Source: Candidatus Obscuribacteraceae bacterium (GTDB lineage Bacteria; Cyanobacteriota; Vampirovibrionia; Obscuribacterales; Obscuribacteraceae). Taken from it: a stretch of 64,000 nt of DNA. This document shows, one piece after another, positions 47,591 through 58,151 of this stretch. The notes under the pieces were generated by a model, which saw only the letters and a program-made list of their open reading frames with translations, searched no databases and was not told the DNA's origin. The stretch is taken from assembly GCA_044226015.1 (NCBI GenBank), contig JBGAHS010000001.1, positions 320,001 to 384,000 on the forward strand, given 5' to 3'. The position numbers and the translations under genes were made by a program. How positions within the stretch are numbered: position 1 is the stretch's first letter; every line of letters starts with the position of its first letter.

Positions 47591-50230
47591 ATGAACGATT
47601 CAACAGATAACTACGCCTTGAATAAGAATGACTGGGACTACCTCACAAGGGAGTTTGCCAAGTTAGGTGTTGCTATCGAAAGCCAGATTTCAAATGGGGC
47701 AAATTCTCAGCTATTCAAGGCAAGGCAATCAAATTTGCAAAGAGAAGCTGTTGTCAAAGTACTGGCAAACGGACTTTTACCGACTGATGTTGCTTATTTG
47801 CGCTTCCAGGAAGAGTCGAAGATTCTTGGTTCATTGTCTCATGCCAATATTGTTCAGTTGTATGGTGTAGGCCGTCTTCCTGATGGACGTTCATACATGA
47901 TCATGGAGTATCTAGAGGGGAAGACTCTAGAGCAAATTATCGCAAGTGGAGAAGTATTAGATGAGCCTGCAATTCGTGGTTATTGTGCCAACCTCTGTGA
48001 AGCGCTGATCGCGGCTCATCAGCATAAAATCATCCACCGAGATCTGAAGCCTTCAAACGTAGTCATTTCTGATACCGAAAGTGGTGGCAAGATCGCGCGC
48101 CTGATCGATTTTGGAATTTTCAAGAAAACTGACGGCATTGATGGTGGAATGCAACTGACGCAGCTCGGAAGCTTGCCTGGCACACCTAACTACATGAGTC
48201 CAGAACAATGCAGCAAACAAGAAGTGGATGAGCGTTCAGATATTTACTCACTAGGTTGTTTGCTTTATGAACTTATTGCAGGGACGCCGCCGATGAATGC
48301 GGAGACTGACATGGTGATCATGTCTAACCATTTGAACAAGAAGATCACGCATGTTCCATCGAATCGTCCCATATCCTATGAACTAAAAAAGATTGTTTTG
48401 AGATGCCTTGAGAAAGACAAAACTCTGCGTTTTCCTGACGTGCCTGCTCTTATGGAGCAGTTAAATAAAGCATATGATTCCAAGAGTATTGATTATCGTG
48501 CAAAGCATATAGCCTTAGTGGGGCTTGGTTTGCTTGCACTTTTGGCATTTGGATGGTTCGCATTTTCAGTGATTAATGAACGCCGAACCGAACAATACAC
48601 TGCTCGTCGCGTCGATTACTTGTATGTGGATAAGGCTCTCGGGCTGCGCACTCGTGGGTGGGATGAGTTCTATGACAAGCTGAACAAGTTGGATAAGACT
48701 GATGAGGAGAAAGATTCGGCAATGCGTAGATGGGGACTTGACCATATCGAGAATCCAGATACGTGTTTTATCGATTTACAAAAGTCCCGGGTGGTGATGA
48801 AGATTTTGCCGCTCGACTCATTACCAGCCTTGTTAAAGAAAGTAAACGCTCGCTTAGAAGACATCGCAAACAATCCAAACAAAGGTAATTCGCACTTGAA
48901 TGTCCTCTTAAGAGATCCAAAATCACAAGAGCTATTTTGTTTGCTAGATTTGAAGTTCTATGCGGCTTTGCGCGCAAAACTGTTTGCTCAGTGTGTAAGC
49001 GCGGCTGAGCGTATTTACAGCACAAATAGTTTGAATACCTTTTTTGCAAATGAACAATACGCGGCTTACGCTAACGATCTCCTTAAGAATCTTACTGATT
49101 CACAGGAGCCTAGCGATGCTATTTTTCGCCGCCTGCGAAAAGTCCTTAATGACCGAGAAAAAGCGATTAAGCTTGGACTTACTTATGCTGAACTTCTTCG
49201 CAATCAAGAGCGCTTTGCCGTGATAATGCAAGCTTACAATGAGTTGATGGAACAACGGACCATTTCAGATCGTAAGATTCTTGGTTCGATGCTGGCTCTG
49301 CTTACAGAGCAGGGGTACATCAGTGAGGCTGTGGATGTGGTAAAGAAATTTCCTCTGCAACGTGGCGATGAAAATGGTGTTGTGCTGAATTATTTCTATG
49401 TTTTTCTAGCAATCAATGATTTGAAATCGGCCGTTGGTGTTTTAGATATGATCAAGAGCAATGAAGTGTCTGATTCTGAGCAGCAAAAAGTGACTATTCT
49501 GGCCTGCGATCTGCAGCTTGCTGTGGCTAGACGTCAAAACAGTAAAGCAGTAGAAATTGCCAAGAAAATTTTCGAGCAATACGGGAAGCGAATTCTCGAA
49601 ATCACGCCGCTAAAATTTGCGCTCATTCAAGCAGTGCCCTCAAATGGCGCGTTATTGCAACTCTGCGATGATTATTTACGAGATGAGCCACAATCTCTGG
49701 CTATTTTGCACGCTTCCCGAGGGCACACCTTGCGCACCCTGGGTAAGGACAGGGATGCTATTCGCCAGTACGAGCTTTCCCATCATTACTTTGACGTAGA
49801 CAAGCGAGTTTTTGCAGGTCGGCGGAATGTCTATATAGGAGAGTGCGAGTCGTACCTTCACCTTAAAGAGTTCGATAGTGCGAAATCCATTTTTCAAAAA
49901 GCTATTAACTACGGTGATAAGCACGTGACTCCTGATAGGTTCGCATTGGAATCAACCCGGGGGATCATTTCGAGAAGTGAAGGAAAATATGAGGAGGCTG
50001 CTCGCGTTCACGCAGCACTAATGAGGTCTTTTAGCAAAGAAGAAAAGAAGCTTTATTCCGAATTCTATTGCAATATCGTTGGAGAGCTCTGCCTTGATCA
50101 CTACCTGAATAAGAATAGGACTGCGCTGGATTCTGTAATCAAGGACGAAGGACCTTTCCTGAAACAAGCGGGACCTCATGGAACCTATATGATAGGTTAC
50201 ATCAGCGGTATGCTTAAGAACTTGAATTAG
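47591..50230 (+). CDS. Hanks-type Ser/Thr kinase with TM and a large helical (TPR-like) C-terminus
   Basis: VVK, HRDLKPSN, DFG, GTPNYMSPEQ, SDIYSLG; TM near residue 310; Gly-rich loop degenerate (SNGANS). Confidence 0.92.
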   Translation: MNDSTDNYALNKNDWDYLTREFAKLGVAIESQISNGANSQLFKARQSNLQREAVVKVLANGLLPTDVAYLRFQEESKILGSLSHANIVQLYGVGRLPDGRSYMIMEYLEGKTLEQIIASGEVLDEPAIRGYCANLCEALIAAHQHKIIHRDLKPSNVVISDTESGGKIARLIDFGIFKKTDGIDGGMQLTQLGSLPGTPNYMSPEQCSKQEVDERSDIYSLGCLLYELIAGTPPMNAETDMVIMSNHLNKKITHVPSNRPISYELKKIVLRCLEKDKTLRFPDVPALMEQLNKAYDSKSIDYRAKHIALVGLGLLALLAFGWFAFSVINERRTEQYTARRVDYLYVDKALGLRTRGWDEFYDKLNKLDKTDEEKDSAMRRWGLDHIENPDTCFIDLQKSRVVMKILPLDSLPALLKKVNARLEDIANNPNKGNSHLNVLLRDPKSQELFCLLDLKFYAALRAKLFAQCVSAAERIYSTNSLNTFFANEQYAAYANDLLKNLTDSQEPSDAIFRRLRKVLNDREKAIKLGLTYAELLRNQERFAVIMQAYNELMEQRTISDRKILGSMLALLTEQGYISEAVDVVKKFPLQRGDENGVVLNYFYVFLAINDLKSAVGVLDMIKSNEVSDSEQQKVTILACDLQLAVARRQNSKAVEIAKKIFEQYGKRILEITPLKFALIQAVPSNGALLQLCDDYLRDEPQSLAILHASRGHTLRTLGKDRDAIRQYELSHHYFDVDKRVFAGRRNVYIGECESYLHLKEFDSAKSIFQKAINYGDKHVTPDRFALESTRGIISRSEGKYEEAARVHAALMRSFSKEEKKLYSEFYCNIVGELCLDHYLNKNRTALDSVIKDEGPFLKQAGPHGTYMIGYISGMLKNLN

Positions 50231-50234
50231 CCGG

Positions 50235-51332
50235 TTAGACCAATTCTGGTTCGTCTGGAACTTCTTTGCCCGCTTTGATTAGCTCTTCTCTATCGGCCAG
50301 CGGCAATCTAACAGTAAATGTAGAGCCTTTGTTGAGTTCGGACTCTAATTCGATGCCGCCGCCGTGAGCTTTAACAATCGCAAGCGCAATTGCTAACCCT
50401 AAACCTGTGCCACCACCGTAAACGCGGCTTCTAGTGCGCGATCTCTCGACCCGATAAAAGCGATCAAATATTCGTTGTTGGTCTGCCGGAGCGATACCAA
50501 TACCGGTATCAATCACTCGGATGATTGCTTCGTTATTATTGCATCTCAGTGTTACTGTGACCTTTCCTCCGCCTTGCGTAGCCTTGATTGCATTATTGGT
50601 AAGATTGAGGAAAATTTGTTTCAGCTTATCGAGATCTGCAAGCACCCATACAGGTTTTTGCGGCGTAATAAATTGAATCTCGATTTGCTCAGGTGCTATG
50701 ACCATTACTGTGTCTTCGACACCTTCCAATGCTTGCCGCAGATCAATAAGATTCTTTTGCGCTATCAAAGGTTGTCCAGCGTCGGCGCGCGCCAACTGAA
50801 GAAGGTCACTGACCAGGCGTATAAGTCTTCCGCTCTCATCAGAAATTGTTTGAAGTGCTTCCGATAACAAGGTGGAATCAATATTTGCACCACGTCTCTG
50901 CAGCAGTTTTGTGTAGCCTTGAATTGAGGTTAGCGGAGTTCTCAATTCATGACTTGCATCGCCAACGAACTGACACTGAATATTCAGTGATTCCTCAAGA
51001 CGATTGAGCAATCGATTAAATGCTTTTCTAAGTTCCATTATTTCAGCAGAGTCTGTCTGGTCGACTTCCAGTCGCTGCCTGATGTCCATCGATGCCAACT
51101 TATTGGTCGATGAAATCAAATCGGTAAGTGGAACCATGATTACACTTGCCAAATACCAGTTGTTTATTGCCAGTAAAGGTAAAAGAGGAATGTACCAGAG
51201 GAGATCAATTAGATTGAAACCATGTAAGCGGCAAGCGATCACGTGACAAATGATTATTGGCACGATGCTGTTTACGGTCATGACTATTGCCATGCGACCG
51301 CGAACTGTATTTGACCACTTTAGCCGGCTCAT
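50235..51332 (-). CDS. HAMP-domain histidine kinase with a minimal sensor loop
   Basis: 2 closely spaced TMs, HAMP, ASHELRTPL, NNAIK, DTGIGI, GGTGLGL. Confidence 0.95.
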   Translation of the reverse strand: MSRLKWSNTVRGRMAIVMTVNSIVPIIICHVIACRLHGFNLIDLLWYIPLLPLLAINNWYLASVIMVPLTDLISSTNKLASMDIRQRLEVDQTDSAEIMELRKAFNRLLNRLEESLNIQCQFVGDASHELRTPLTSIQGYTKLLQRRGANIDSTLLSEALQTISDESGRLIRLVSDLLQLARADAGQPLIAQKNLIDLRQALEGVEDTVMVIAPEQIEIQFITPQKPVWVLADLDKLKQIFLNLTNNAIKATQGGGKVTVTLRCNNNEAIIRVIDTGIGIAPADQQRIFDRFYRVERSRTRSRVYGGGTGLGLAIALAIVKAHGGGIELESELNKGSTFTVRLPLADREELIKAGKEVPDEPELV

Positions 51333-51371
51333 CTTGCTCCTCCCGGCAGCATTTTAACGCTGTATATGGAT

Positions 51372-52160
51372 CTATGGCAGTTTGAGTAAGCTCAAATATG
51401 CTTCATGCAATTTACCATTGCTAACCAGGCAATGCCCCGAATAAATTGATGGATTGCCTCTCAGGTCTGTGAATTTCCCACCAGCCTCTTCTGCAATTAT
51501 TTTCATGGGCGCGAAATCCCACGGTTTTAAACCGACTTCAATCATTGCTTCTGCTTTCCCTTCAAAAACAAAAGAGAAGTCAAGGTAATCGCCGAGCCCT
51601 CGCTGTCTATAGCTTTGGCGAATAGCCTCGGTGAACCCATTCCAGGGACCCTTTTCTAGAATTCGATTAATTCCCCCAAACAAAAACATGGAGTTTTCGA
51701 TTTCAGATATTTTCGATACGCAAATGGACTGGCCGTTTCGGAAAGCGCCAGCGCCTCGGGCAGCGTAGAAAATTTCTTCGTTTGAAGGGTTGTAAACAAC
51801 ACCTAGTTCGACTTCTCCATCGATTTCAAGAGCGAGTAAGACAGAGAATATCGGAATTCCGCGTGAGAAGTTGTAGGTGCCATCTATCGGATCGATGATC
51901 CATTTTCGATTGGATTTAAAAGCCTGAAGGCTTTCACCCTCCTCCTCACCCAATAACGCATCATTGGGGAATTTAGAGCTGATTCTGTTTCTGATTTGTG
52001 TTTCACATTGCTCATCAGCAATAGTTACCGGAGTGTTGTCTGGCTTCTTCGTGACCTGAACTCCACGATTGAAGTGAAACATTGCAAGTTGTCCCGCGTC
52101 CTTGCAAAGCTCAAGTGCGAATTCCAGCTCTTCTTTCAAAGCGCATTCTGGAACACTCAT
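51372..52160 (-). CDS. Inositol monophosphatase family (HisN-like histidinol phosphatase)
   Basis: TPVTIAD, GEE, WIIDPIDGT, WD, EAGG. Confidence 0.9.
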   Translation of the reverse strand: MSVPECALKEELEFALELCKDAGQLAMFHFNRGVQVTKKPDNTPVTIADEQCETQIRNRISSKFPNDALLGEEEGESLQAFKSNRKWIIDPIDGTYNFSRGIPIFSVLLALEIDGEVELGVVYNPSNEEIFYAARGAGAFRNGQSICVSKISEIENSMFLFGGINRILEKGPWNGFTEAIRQSYRQRGLGDYLDFSFVFEGKAEAMIEVGLKPWDFAPMKIIAEEAGGKFTDLRGNPSIYSGHCLVSNGKLHEAYLSLLKLP

Positions 52161-52236
52161 GTGATTTCCCGTTTTTCTGACTGAGAACTAAAGACGAGAG
52201 ACTGATCTTGTCCCATGACTACTTTACATAGCTAAA

Positions 52237-52275
52237 CGGAAGCTCCCGCCAGCGATTGCCAGGCGAGAGCTTCCG
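52237..52275 (-). terminator. Hairpin downstream of the SLH gene
   Basis: CGGAAGCTC/GAGCTTCCG stem with a short T tail on the minus strand. Confidence 0.5.
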
Positions 52276-52311
52276 AGGAGATCAGGCCGAATAGAGCTAC
52301 CTTGGTCCTTA

Positions 52312-52878
52312 TTAGAACAAGTAGGTGTAGATGGCGCGTGCTCCGCGACCAACGCCCACCCCTATGTCTCTAATGTCGATGAATGTCCCTTTTACGAGAC
52401 GCTCATACAAGAAACCTTTTTGCCTTTCAGCATAAGCAAGTCTCATGTCTTGTTCGATGTTCTTTTCTTCGACTGCTTTCATTCGTCTTTCTAGATCATC
52501 GACACGAGCCTTGAGTTGATTTAGTTCACCACGGAACTCTTCAAGAAGAGCTGCAAACTTTTCCAAGTCAGCTTTATCAGCCTTTTGAGCCAAACGCTCA
52601 GCCACACATTGTTCGTACTTGTAGAGAGCTGCTGCCAGCTCAAAACGTGTTGTGGACTTTTGTCCACGGTATGTGCGGTCCGGATATCCTACCAGTACGT
52701 GGCAGGGATTGTTAACAAGATCTTTCAACGCATTGTATGCCCACTCGTTGCCTACAACGTCGGTGAGTTCACTGACGTTTTGTGCGCCCTGAGCATTCGC
52801 CGGCGTAATAGTAAAAACAGTGCTTGCACCTAGTGCAACAACAACTGCAGAAAGCAAGGTTGCCAACCTTTTCTTCAT
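52312..52878 (-). CDS. Exported SLH-domain plus coiled-coil protein (porin-type N-terminus, no beta-barrel)
   Basis: Signal peptide; VSELTDV...WAY...GYPDRTYRG...TRFELAAAL; heptad coiled coil. Confidence 0.88.
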   Translation of the reverse strand: MKKRLATLLSAVVVALGASTVFTITPANAQGAQNVSELTDVVGNEWAYNALKDLVNNPCHVLVGYPDRTYRGQKSTTRFELAAALYKYEQCVAERLAQKADKADLEKFAALLEEFRGELNQLKARVDDLERRMKAVEEKNIEQDMRLAYAERQKGFLYERLVKGTFIDIRDIGVGVGRGARAIYTYLF

Positions 52879-53494
52879 ACCAGTTATCACTCCCGTAAAT
52901 AATTGACCTGACTCCTACGAAGAGCAATATACCCCAAGTGCTTCGGTGATTAGTAGTAGATTGATCAGTAAAAGTAACCCATCTATGTACGATAAGCTCA
53001 AGATGCAGTGTAGGAGCTGATGTCGAACGGCTTAAATAACATTAATAAATTAACATCAGTGTTGACGATATATGCAATGCAAATCTGGAAAGCCCTGTCA
53101 TGAGCCTTGTTTCCGTGTTCTGTGTTCTTGACGAGTCCATGGATTTTTGTTGTGCGACCGATAAATCACTGTCCAAAAACTAGCGAGGATGCAGCTTTTG
53201 GCAGTCATCAGAAATCAAGCGAATCGGAGAAATCAAGTGATGCGTGACACCGCCGACGGTGCAGTCTGTGGTGGTCAAGTGTCCGGTATCACGCGTGGTA
53301 TCAAGGAGCGTCTGCGTTTTCGGCGTTTTGCTCTGCACCACTTTCGCTGACGCTGACATTTAGAGAATGCTCTCTCTTGGGCAAGACATTGCACACAATA
53401 AGATGAGCATGTTTACTATTAAGAGATAGAAGGATCCTGAGGATTCAAGACGCGTTGCTAAACTTCTAGTAGAAAAGCAGGAGTTATTTGTCAT

Positions 53495-54232
53495 ATGGTT
53501 GCCCAAAAGTTGCGGATTGCTCATTTATACGCTCACTTCCTCAACATATATGGTGATAGGGGAAACATAGTCAGTCTTGTAAAACGATGTCAGTGGCGTG
53601 GCATTGAAGTCGAAGTCAAACCTACCTTGCTGAATGAAAAAATCGATCCTGAATATTTCGACGTTTACTTCATTGGTGGCGGGCAAGACAAACAGCAACA
53701 AGTGATCGCTGAGGATTTACTTGCACAAAAAGAGGCGTTGCGTAGATCTATAGAAGGGGGCGCAGTCATTCTTGCAATTTGTGGCGGTTACCAGTTGCTC
53801 GGGCATTACTATCGACCGCATGAAGGTCCAGAGTTGAAAGGAATATCACTTGTTGACGTGCATACGGTTGCTGGAAATAGAAGGATGATCGGCAACGTTC
53901 TAATTAAGCGAGAAGATGGCAGCACCCTAGTAGGATTTGAAAATCACAGCGGCAAGACATTTCTTGGCAAGGATTGTTCACCATTGGGAACTGTTGTGAC
54001 GGGAAATGGCAACAATGGTGAAGACGGTAAAGAGGGTCTTGCTCAGCGGGTTGGAAGCGGCATGGTTTATGGAACCTATTTACACGGTTCGTTGCTTCCT
54101 AAGAATCCTGAGTTCGCCGATGAGATAATCAAGCATGGACTGCAACGTCGTCATGGCAATGTGGACTTGGCAAGGCTTGACGACCACACCGAACAGAGAG
54201 CTCATGAATACGCCAGTTCTCTTAAAGCTTAG
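53495..54232 (+). CDS. GatD/CobQ-like type 1 glutamine amidotransferase
   Basis: YGDRGN, GGGQD, ICGGYQ, GFENH, YLHGSLLPKN. Confidence 0.92.
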   Translation: MVAQKLRIAHLYAHFLNIYGDRGNIVSLVKRCQWRGIEVEVKPTLLNEKIDPEYFDVYFIGGGQDKQQQVIAEDLLAQKEALRRSIEGGAVILAICGGYQLLGHYYRPHEGPELKGISLVDVHTVAGNRRMIGNVLIKREDGSTLVGFENHSGKTFLGKDCSPLGTVVTGNGNNGEDGKEGLAQRVGSGMVYGTYLHGSLLPKNPEFADEIIKHGLQRRHGNVDLARLDDHTEQRAHEYASSLKA

Positions 54233-54244
54233 TGGGACATTCAA

Positions 54245-54946
54245 TTGAAAAAACTTACTATTCTCATCCCCGTTTACAATGAAGTAAAGACTCTCGTCCA
54301 GGTGCTGGAGGCTGTTTCAAATGCCGACACTGTCGGGCTAGAAAAAGAATTGATTCTTGTTGACGACGGGTCGACTGATGGCACAAGAGACTTGATGAAA
54401 ACTCTTGATGCTGACAAGTACAGCGCAAAAATCTATTTTCACGAGAAAAATCAAGGAAAGGGTGCTGCTCTTCGTACCGGTCAGGGGTACGCGACTGGCG
54501 ACATCATAATGATTCAGGACGCTGACCTCGAATACAGCCCTGACGAGTACCCAGGCTTGCTAAGACCTATTATCGAGGGGAAGGCTGATGTGGTTTATGG
54601 CTCGAGGCTCAGCGGAGGCAAAACTACCAGGGCTTTCAAGTTCACCCATTACGTCGGCAATAAGTTCTTGAGCTTTCTAACAAATTTGCTTTACGACTGC
54701 ACGCTCACTGACATGGAGACCTGTTACAAGGTTTTCAAAGCTGAAGTCTTCAAGAAAGTGACTATTAAATCGAACCGCTTTGACTTTGAGCCGGAAATTA
54801 CAGCTAAGGTTCTCAAGCAAGGGGTTCGAATTTACGAACTTCCCATCTCTTACTATGGGCGTGACTATGCCGAAGGCAAGAAAATTACATGGGTGGATGG
54901 GTTCGGGGCAATCGCTGCCCTGGTGAGATTTCGATTCTTTGATTAA
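54245..54946 (+). CDS. Glycosyltransferase family 2 (DPM synthase-like)
   Basis: [29 protein letters not shown]. Confidence 0.95.
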   Translation: MKKLTILIPVYNEVKTLVQVLEAVSNADTVGLEKELILVDDGSTDGTRDLMKTLDADKYSAKIYFHEKNQGKGAALRTGQGYATGDIIMIQDADLEYSPDEYPGLLRPIIEGKADVVYGSRLSGGKTTRAFKFTHYVGNKFLSFLTNLLYDCTLTDMETCYKVFKAEVFKKVTIKSNRFDFEPEITAKVLKQGVRIYELPISYYGRDYAEGKKITWVDGFGAIAALVRFRFFD

Positions 54947-55080
54947 AACTGACCGAAAAGTCAGGGTTTTGGATAGACACAAACCTTTCCACGACAATTT
55001 AAGTTTCATTTATTTTCACTTTCGGGTACACTGATGTCATGTGGTGAGCTTCGGCTCGGTTTACTAGGGTTATAAAAACG

Positions 55081-55572
55081 ATGAAACAGCTAATCGCGAT
55101 TTTGGGTCTTTCGATTCTCACAGTCAGCTTGCCTGCGCAGGCTCAGTATCATCAGAACTACGGCGGTAGCCGTGTAACTCATCAAAATCAAACAGGTTTA
55201 TTTCATTCCGACCCGAGCTATATCAGTGCGGGCACGATGAGCCGTTCAGCTCAGGGCAAGGCCGCCGGTATGTCTACTGGTGGGCTTCCTAATACTAGCT
55301 GGGGCGGTTACATCAGAAATCCGGGCGATGACATTTACACCGGAAACAACGGCGCCATGCGCATGCAGAATGGTTCGATGGTTTATGGTGATGAAATCAT
55401 GCGGGCTAATCAAATGGCAGCAATGAAGCAGCAACAAATGATGTATCGTAATCGCATGCGCCAGATGCAAAATATGCAACAGCCACAGGGCAACTTCTAC
55501 GTGCCTGGCTCTAACGGCGGAGCCGCCAACTACGGTGCCGGTGGCGCTGCAAGCTACGGAAGCTACAGGTAG
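55081..55572 (+). CDS. Exported Gly/Gln/Met-rich low-complexity protein
   Basis: Signal peptide (AQA-Q); low-complexity composition. Confidence 0.75.
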   Translation: MKQLIAILGLSILTVSLPAQAQYHQNYGGSRVTHQNQTGLFHSDPSYISAGTMSRSAQGKAAGMSTGGLPNTSWGGYIRNPGDDIYTGNNGAMRMQNGSMVYGDEIMRANQMAAMKQQQMMYRNRMRQMQNMQQPQGNFYVPGSNGGAANYGAGGAASYGSYR

Positions 55573-55630
55573 CTACAGGTCTACAGGTAGCTACAGGTAG
55601 CTACAGGTAGCTACAGGTAACTACAGGTAC
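55552..55630 (+). repeat. 10-bp tandem repeat (AGCTACAGGT, about 7 copies) spanning the stop codon
   Basis: Directly visible; one unit lacks AG. Confidence 0.92.
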
Positions 55631-55644
55631 TGCTGTTGAACTTT

Positions 55645-55681
55645 GGGGCGTGTCTTTCTCGGAAGGCGCGCCTTTTGTTTT
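55645..55681 (+). terminator. Intrinsic terminator
   Basis: GGCGTGTCTT/AAGGCGCGCC stem plus TTTTGTTTT. Confidence 0.75.
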
Positions 55682-55845
55682 GCACTAATTCCGTGATTGC
55701 GTTAAAACCGTTTTCTCTGGGGTCCTGCTTGCTCTTGTCCTATATAAGTTGTGCAACGGACCATGATTAGGTCAAGATGATAAACTGGCAGCAAATCGAG
55801 TATGAGCGCTAGTCCAAGCGCCCATCTTTGTAGCTTTTAGGTGAG

Positions 55846-57054
55846 GTGCTTGTGAAGATAGTCGTTTTGGGTGCAGGTGCGATGGGCCAGGTTACGATTC
55901 GCGATTTGTGTGAATCGGCGGCCGTAAAGGAAGTCCTGATTGCTGATTTGAATCTGGATCGAGTTGAGTATCTAAGAAAACTCTTTGGAAGCTCGAAGCT
56001 GAAAACCGCCAAAGCTGATGTTACCGACATTGAGGGACTTGCATCCATTCTCAACGGGTACGAGGCGGTAATAAATTGCTCGCCCTACATATTCAATTTG
56101 AATGTCATGGAAGCGGCTCTAAAAGCAGGTTCTCATTATCTTGATCTCGGTGGTCTTTTCCATTACACAAGAAAACAAATGGAATTGCACAAATCTTTCG
56201 AAGCGAAAAATTTGCTTGCCGTACTTGGTATGGGCGCCGCACCGGGCATGACAAATGTTATGGCAGCAGCCGCTGCTAATGATTTTGATGAAGTTGATTA
56301 CATTGATATTTATGCTGCATCTGTGGATTTGATTGCAAATGAGCATCCGTTCTTGCCTCCATATGCTCTCGATACTATTCTCGATGAGTACTTCCTCAAA
56401 CCATTTGTGTTCGAAGCGGGCGAATTCAAGGAAGTCGAACCCATGTCAGGTGAACAGGTTCTCGACTTTCCTCACCCGGTAGGACGCGCATCTTCGTTTT
56501 TGACTTTGCATTCTGAGGTTGCGACTCTTCCTTTGAGTTACAAGAGCAAGGGCATAAAAAGGGTGACCTATCGTCTTGGTTTGCCGACTGTGTTTCACGT
56601 AAGATGCAAATTTCTTGTCGACCTTGGCTTTGGAACAAAGGAGAGTGTCAAAATTGATGGTGTTGAGTTCAAGCCGCGCAAAATTCTGCAAGCGATGATT
56701 GATCAGCATCCTGTTCCTGAGCTTGACCCAGATGATTGTGAAGTTGTTCGTGTCGATATTGGCGGACGCAAAGGCGGAAGACAGGTGCTCAGTAGGCTTG
56801 AAACCACTGTCCTGGCACACAAAGAATGGAAAGTATCTTGTGGTGCGCTCGATACAGGTGTGCCACCGTCTATAGTGGCGCAAATGATTTGCTCGGGGCA
56901 AGTAAAGGCACGCGGAGTTCATGCCCCTGAGACTTGTGTTCCTCCACAACCATTCTTCGAAGAGCTAGCTAAACGAGGAATGGAGATGCGACGAATAACC
57001 GACGAAGTGCTTGCTAGCTCTTGCCAAAATAGGAAGCAAGAAGTCCAAGTCTAG
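55846..57054 (+). CDS. Saccharopine dehydrogenase-like oxidoreductase
   Basis: VLGAGAMG Rossmann motif, HYLDLGG, GAAPGMTN, HSEV, TGVPPSI, GVHAPE. Confidence 0.92.
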   Translation: MLVKIVVLGAGAMGQVTIRDLCESAAVKEVLIADLNLDRVEYLRKLFGSSKLKTAKADVTDIEGLASILNGYEAVINCSPYIFNLNVMEAALKAGSHYLDLGGLFHYTRKQMELHKSFEAKNLLAVLGMGAAPGMTNVMAAAAANDFDEVDYIDIYAASVDLIANEHPFLPPYALDTILDEYFLKPFVFEAGEFKEVEPMSGEQVLDFPHPVGRASSFLTLHSEVATLPLSYKSKGIKRVTYRLGLPTVFHVRCKFLVDLGFGTKESVKIDGVEFKPRKILQAMIDQHPVPELDPDDCEVVRVDIGGRKGGRQVLSRLETTVLAHKEWKVSCGALDTGVPPSIVAQMICSGQVKARGVHAPETCVPPQPFFEELAKRGMEMRRITDEVLASSCQNRKQEVQV

Positions 57055-57182
57055 GTAGTGTGGTCAAATACGCAGTGTTAGATCCACCTCTTGGTAATTA
57101 CCTTTACTAAAGTTGGATCTAGAAATAAGTCTATTTTATAATTGTTCCAATTAATTCCCAATTATGGCATCTTGCATCTGAA

Positions 57183-58142
57183 ATGCATCGCCGTCAGAGG
57201 CTAAGCGGACACTTGGAAAAGCTAGATTCTAGTAAGGCTAATGCAGGCGCAAAGCGCTCATGGTGGGTGCTTGAGTTCGATGTCGATGCTGCTCATGAAG
57301 ACATGGCTTCATGGCTGATGATTCACATCGGAGCGAATGGTTGTCAGTTTATAAACAGTGAAAACGGAATTGTGACGCTGCAAGCAAGCTTTGAGGAAGA
57401 TCGAATCACCCCCGATAATTTGCAAGCTGTCTATGCCTCGCTAGACGAATATGGTTTAGGTGCGGTCGCCGGAACGATTCGAGTCAATAAGTTAGAAGAA
57501 GAAGATTGGTTAGCTGAATGGAAGAAAGGCATGACGCCTTTGCGTCTCGGCGAACGGTTTCTTGTTAGCCCTCCGTGGTTCGAAGGAAAGATTGCCGAAG
57601 AAGATTTGGCAGGGCGAAACGTAATTTGGATTGAGCCTGGTATGGCTTTTGGTACTGGCTTTCATGCCACGACTCAGTTTTGCATGCAAGCAATTGAGTC
57701 GCATCTGTCATCTTTGAGCAAGAAAAAATTGGAAGTTTTGGATGTCGGCACGGGGTCCGGAATTTTAGCAATAGCAGCAGCTCAGCTACTCCCAGATGCA
57801 CATATTCTTGCAGTTGAAATCGACCCAACTGCATGTAAGGTCGCAGAAGAGAATTTGGTACTTAATAAGGCCGACCATCAAGTTGAGCTTATCGAAGGCA
57901 GCACCGAGAAAGTGCAAGGCAAGAAGTTCGACGCAATATTGTCCAATTTGACTTGCGAAGATAACGTGGCGTTATTGAAGGAATATGAGGAAATGTTGTT
58001 GCCGGGCGGCAAGCTCATTCTCTCTGGTATTTTATTGGAGAAGAAACCGATTATAGAAGCTGCTATAAATCAGTATGCGCTGCGAATTGTCGAGCATCAG
58101 GCGCGTGAGATTTGGTCTGGACTTGTTGTTGAGCGTGTTTGA
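57183..58142 (+). CDS. prmA: Ribosomal protein L11 methyltransferase
   Basis: EEDWLAEWK, IEPGMAFGTGFHATT, LDVGTGSGIL, LILSGIL. Confidence 0.95.
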   Translation: MHRRQRLSGHLEKLDSSKANAGAKRSWWVLEFDVDAAHEDMASWLMIHIGANGCQFINSENGIVTLQASFEEDRITPDNLQAVYASLDEYGLGAVAGTIRVNKLEEEDWLAEWKKGMTPLRLGERFLVSPPWFEGKIAEEDLAGRNVIWIEPGMAFGTGFHATTQFCMQAIESHLSSLSKKKLEVLDVGTGSGILAIAAAQLLPDAHILAVEIDPTACKVAEENLVLNKADHQVELIEGSTEKVQGKKFDAILSNLTCEDNVALLKEYEEMLLPGGKLILSGILLEKKPIIEAAINQYALRIVEHQAREIWSGLVVERV

Positions 58143-58151
58143 GAAGTGAAG

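Noticed and set aside
46682..50230. Genomic island integrated at tRNA-Gln
   Set aside because: No integrase and no duplicated tRNA 3' end were seen; the tRNA is directly followed by rplY.
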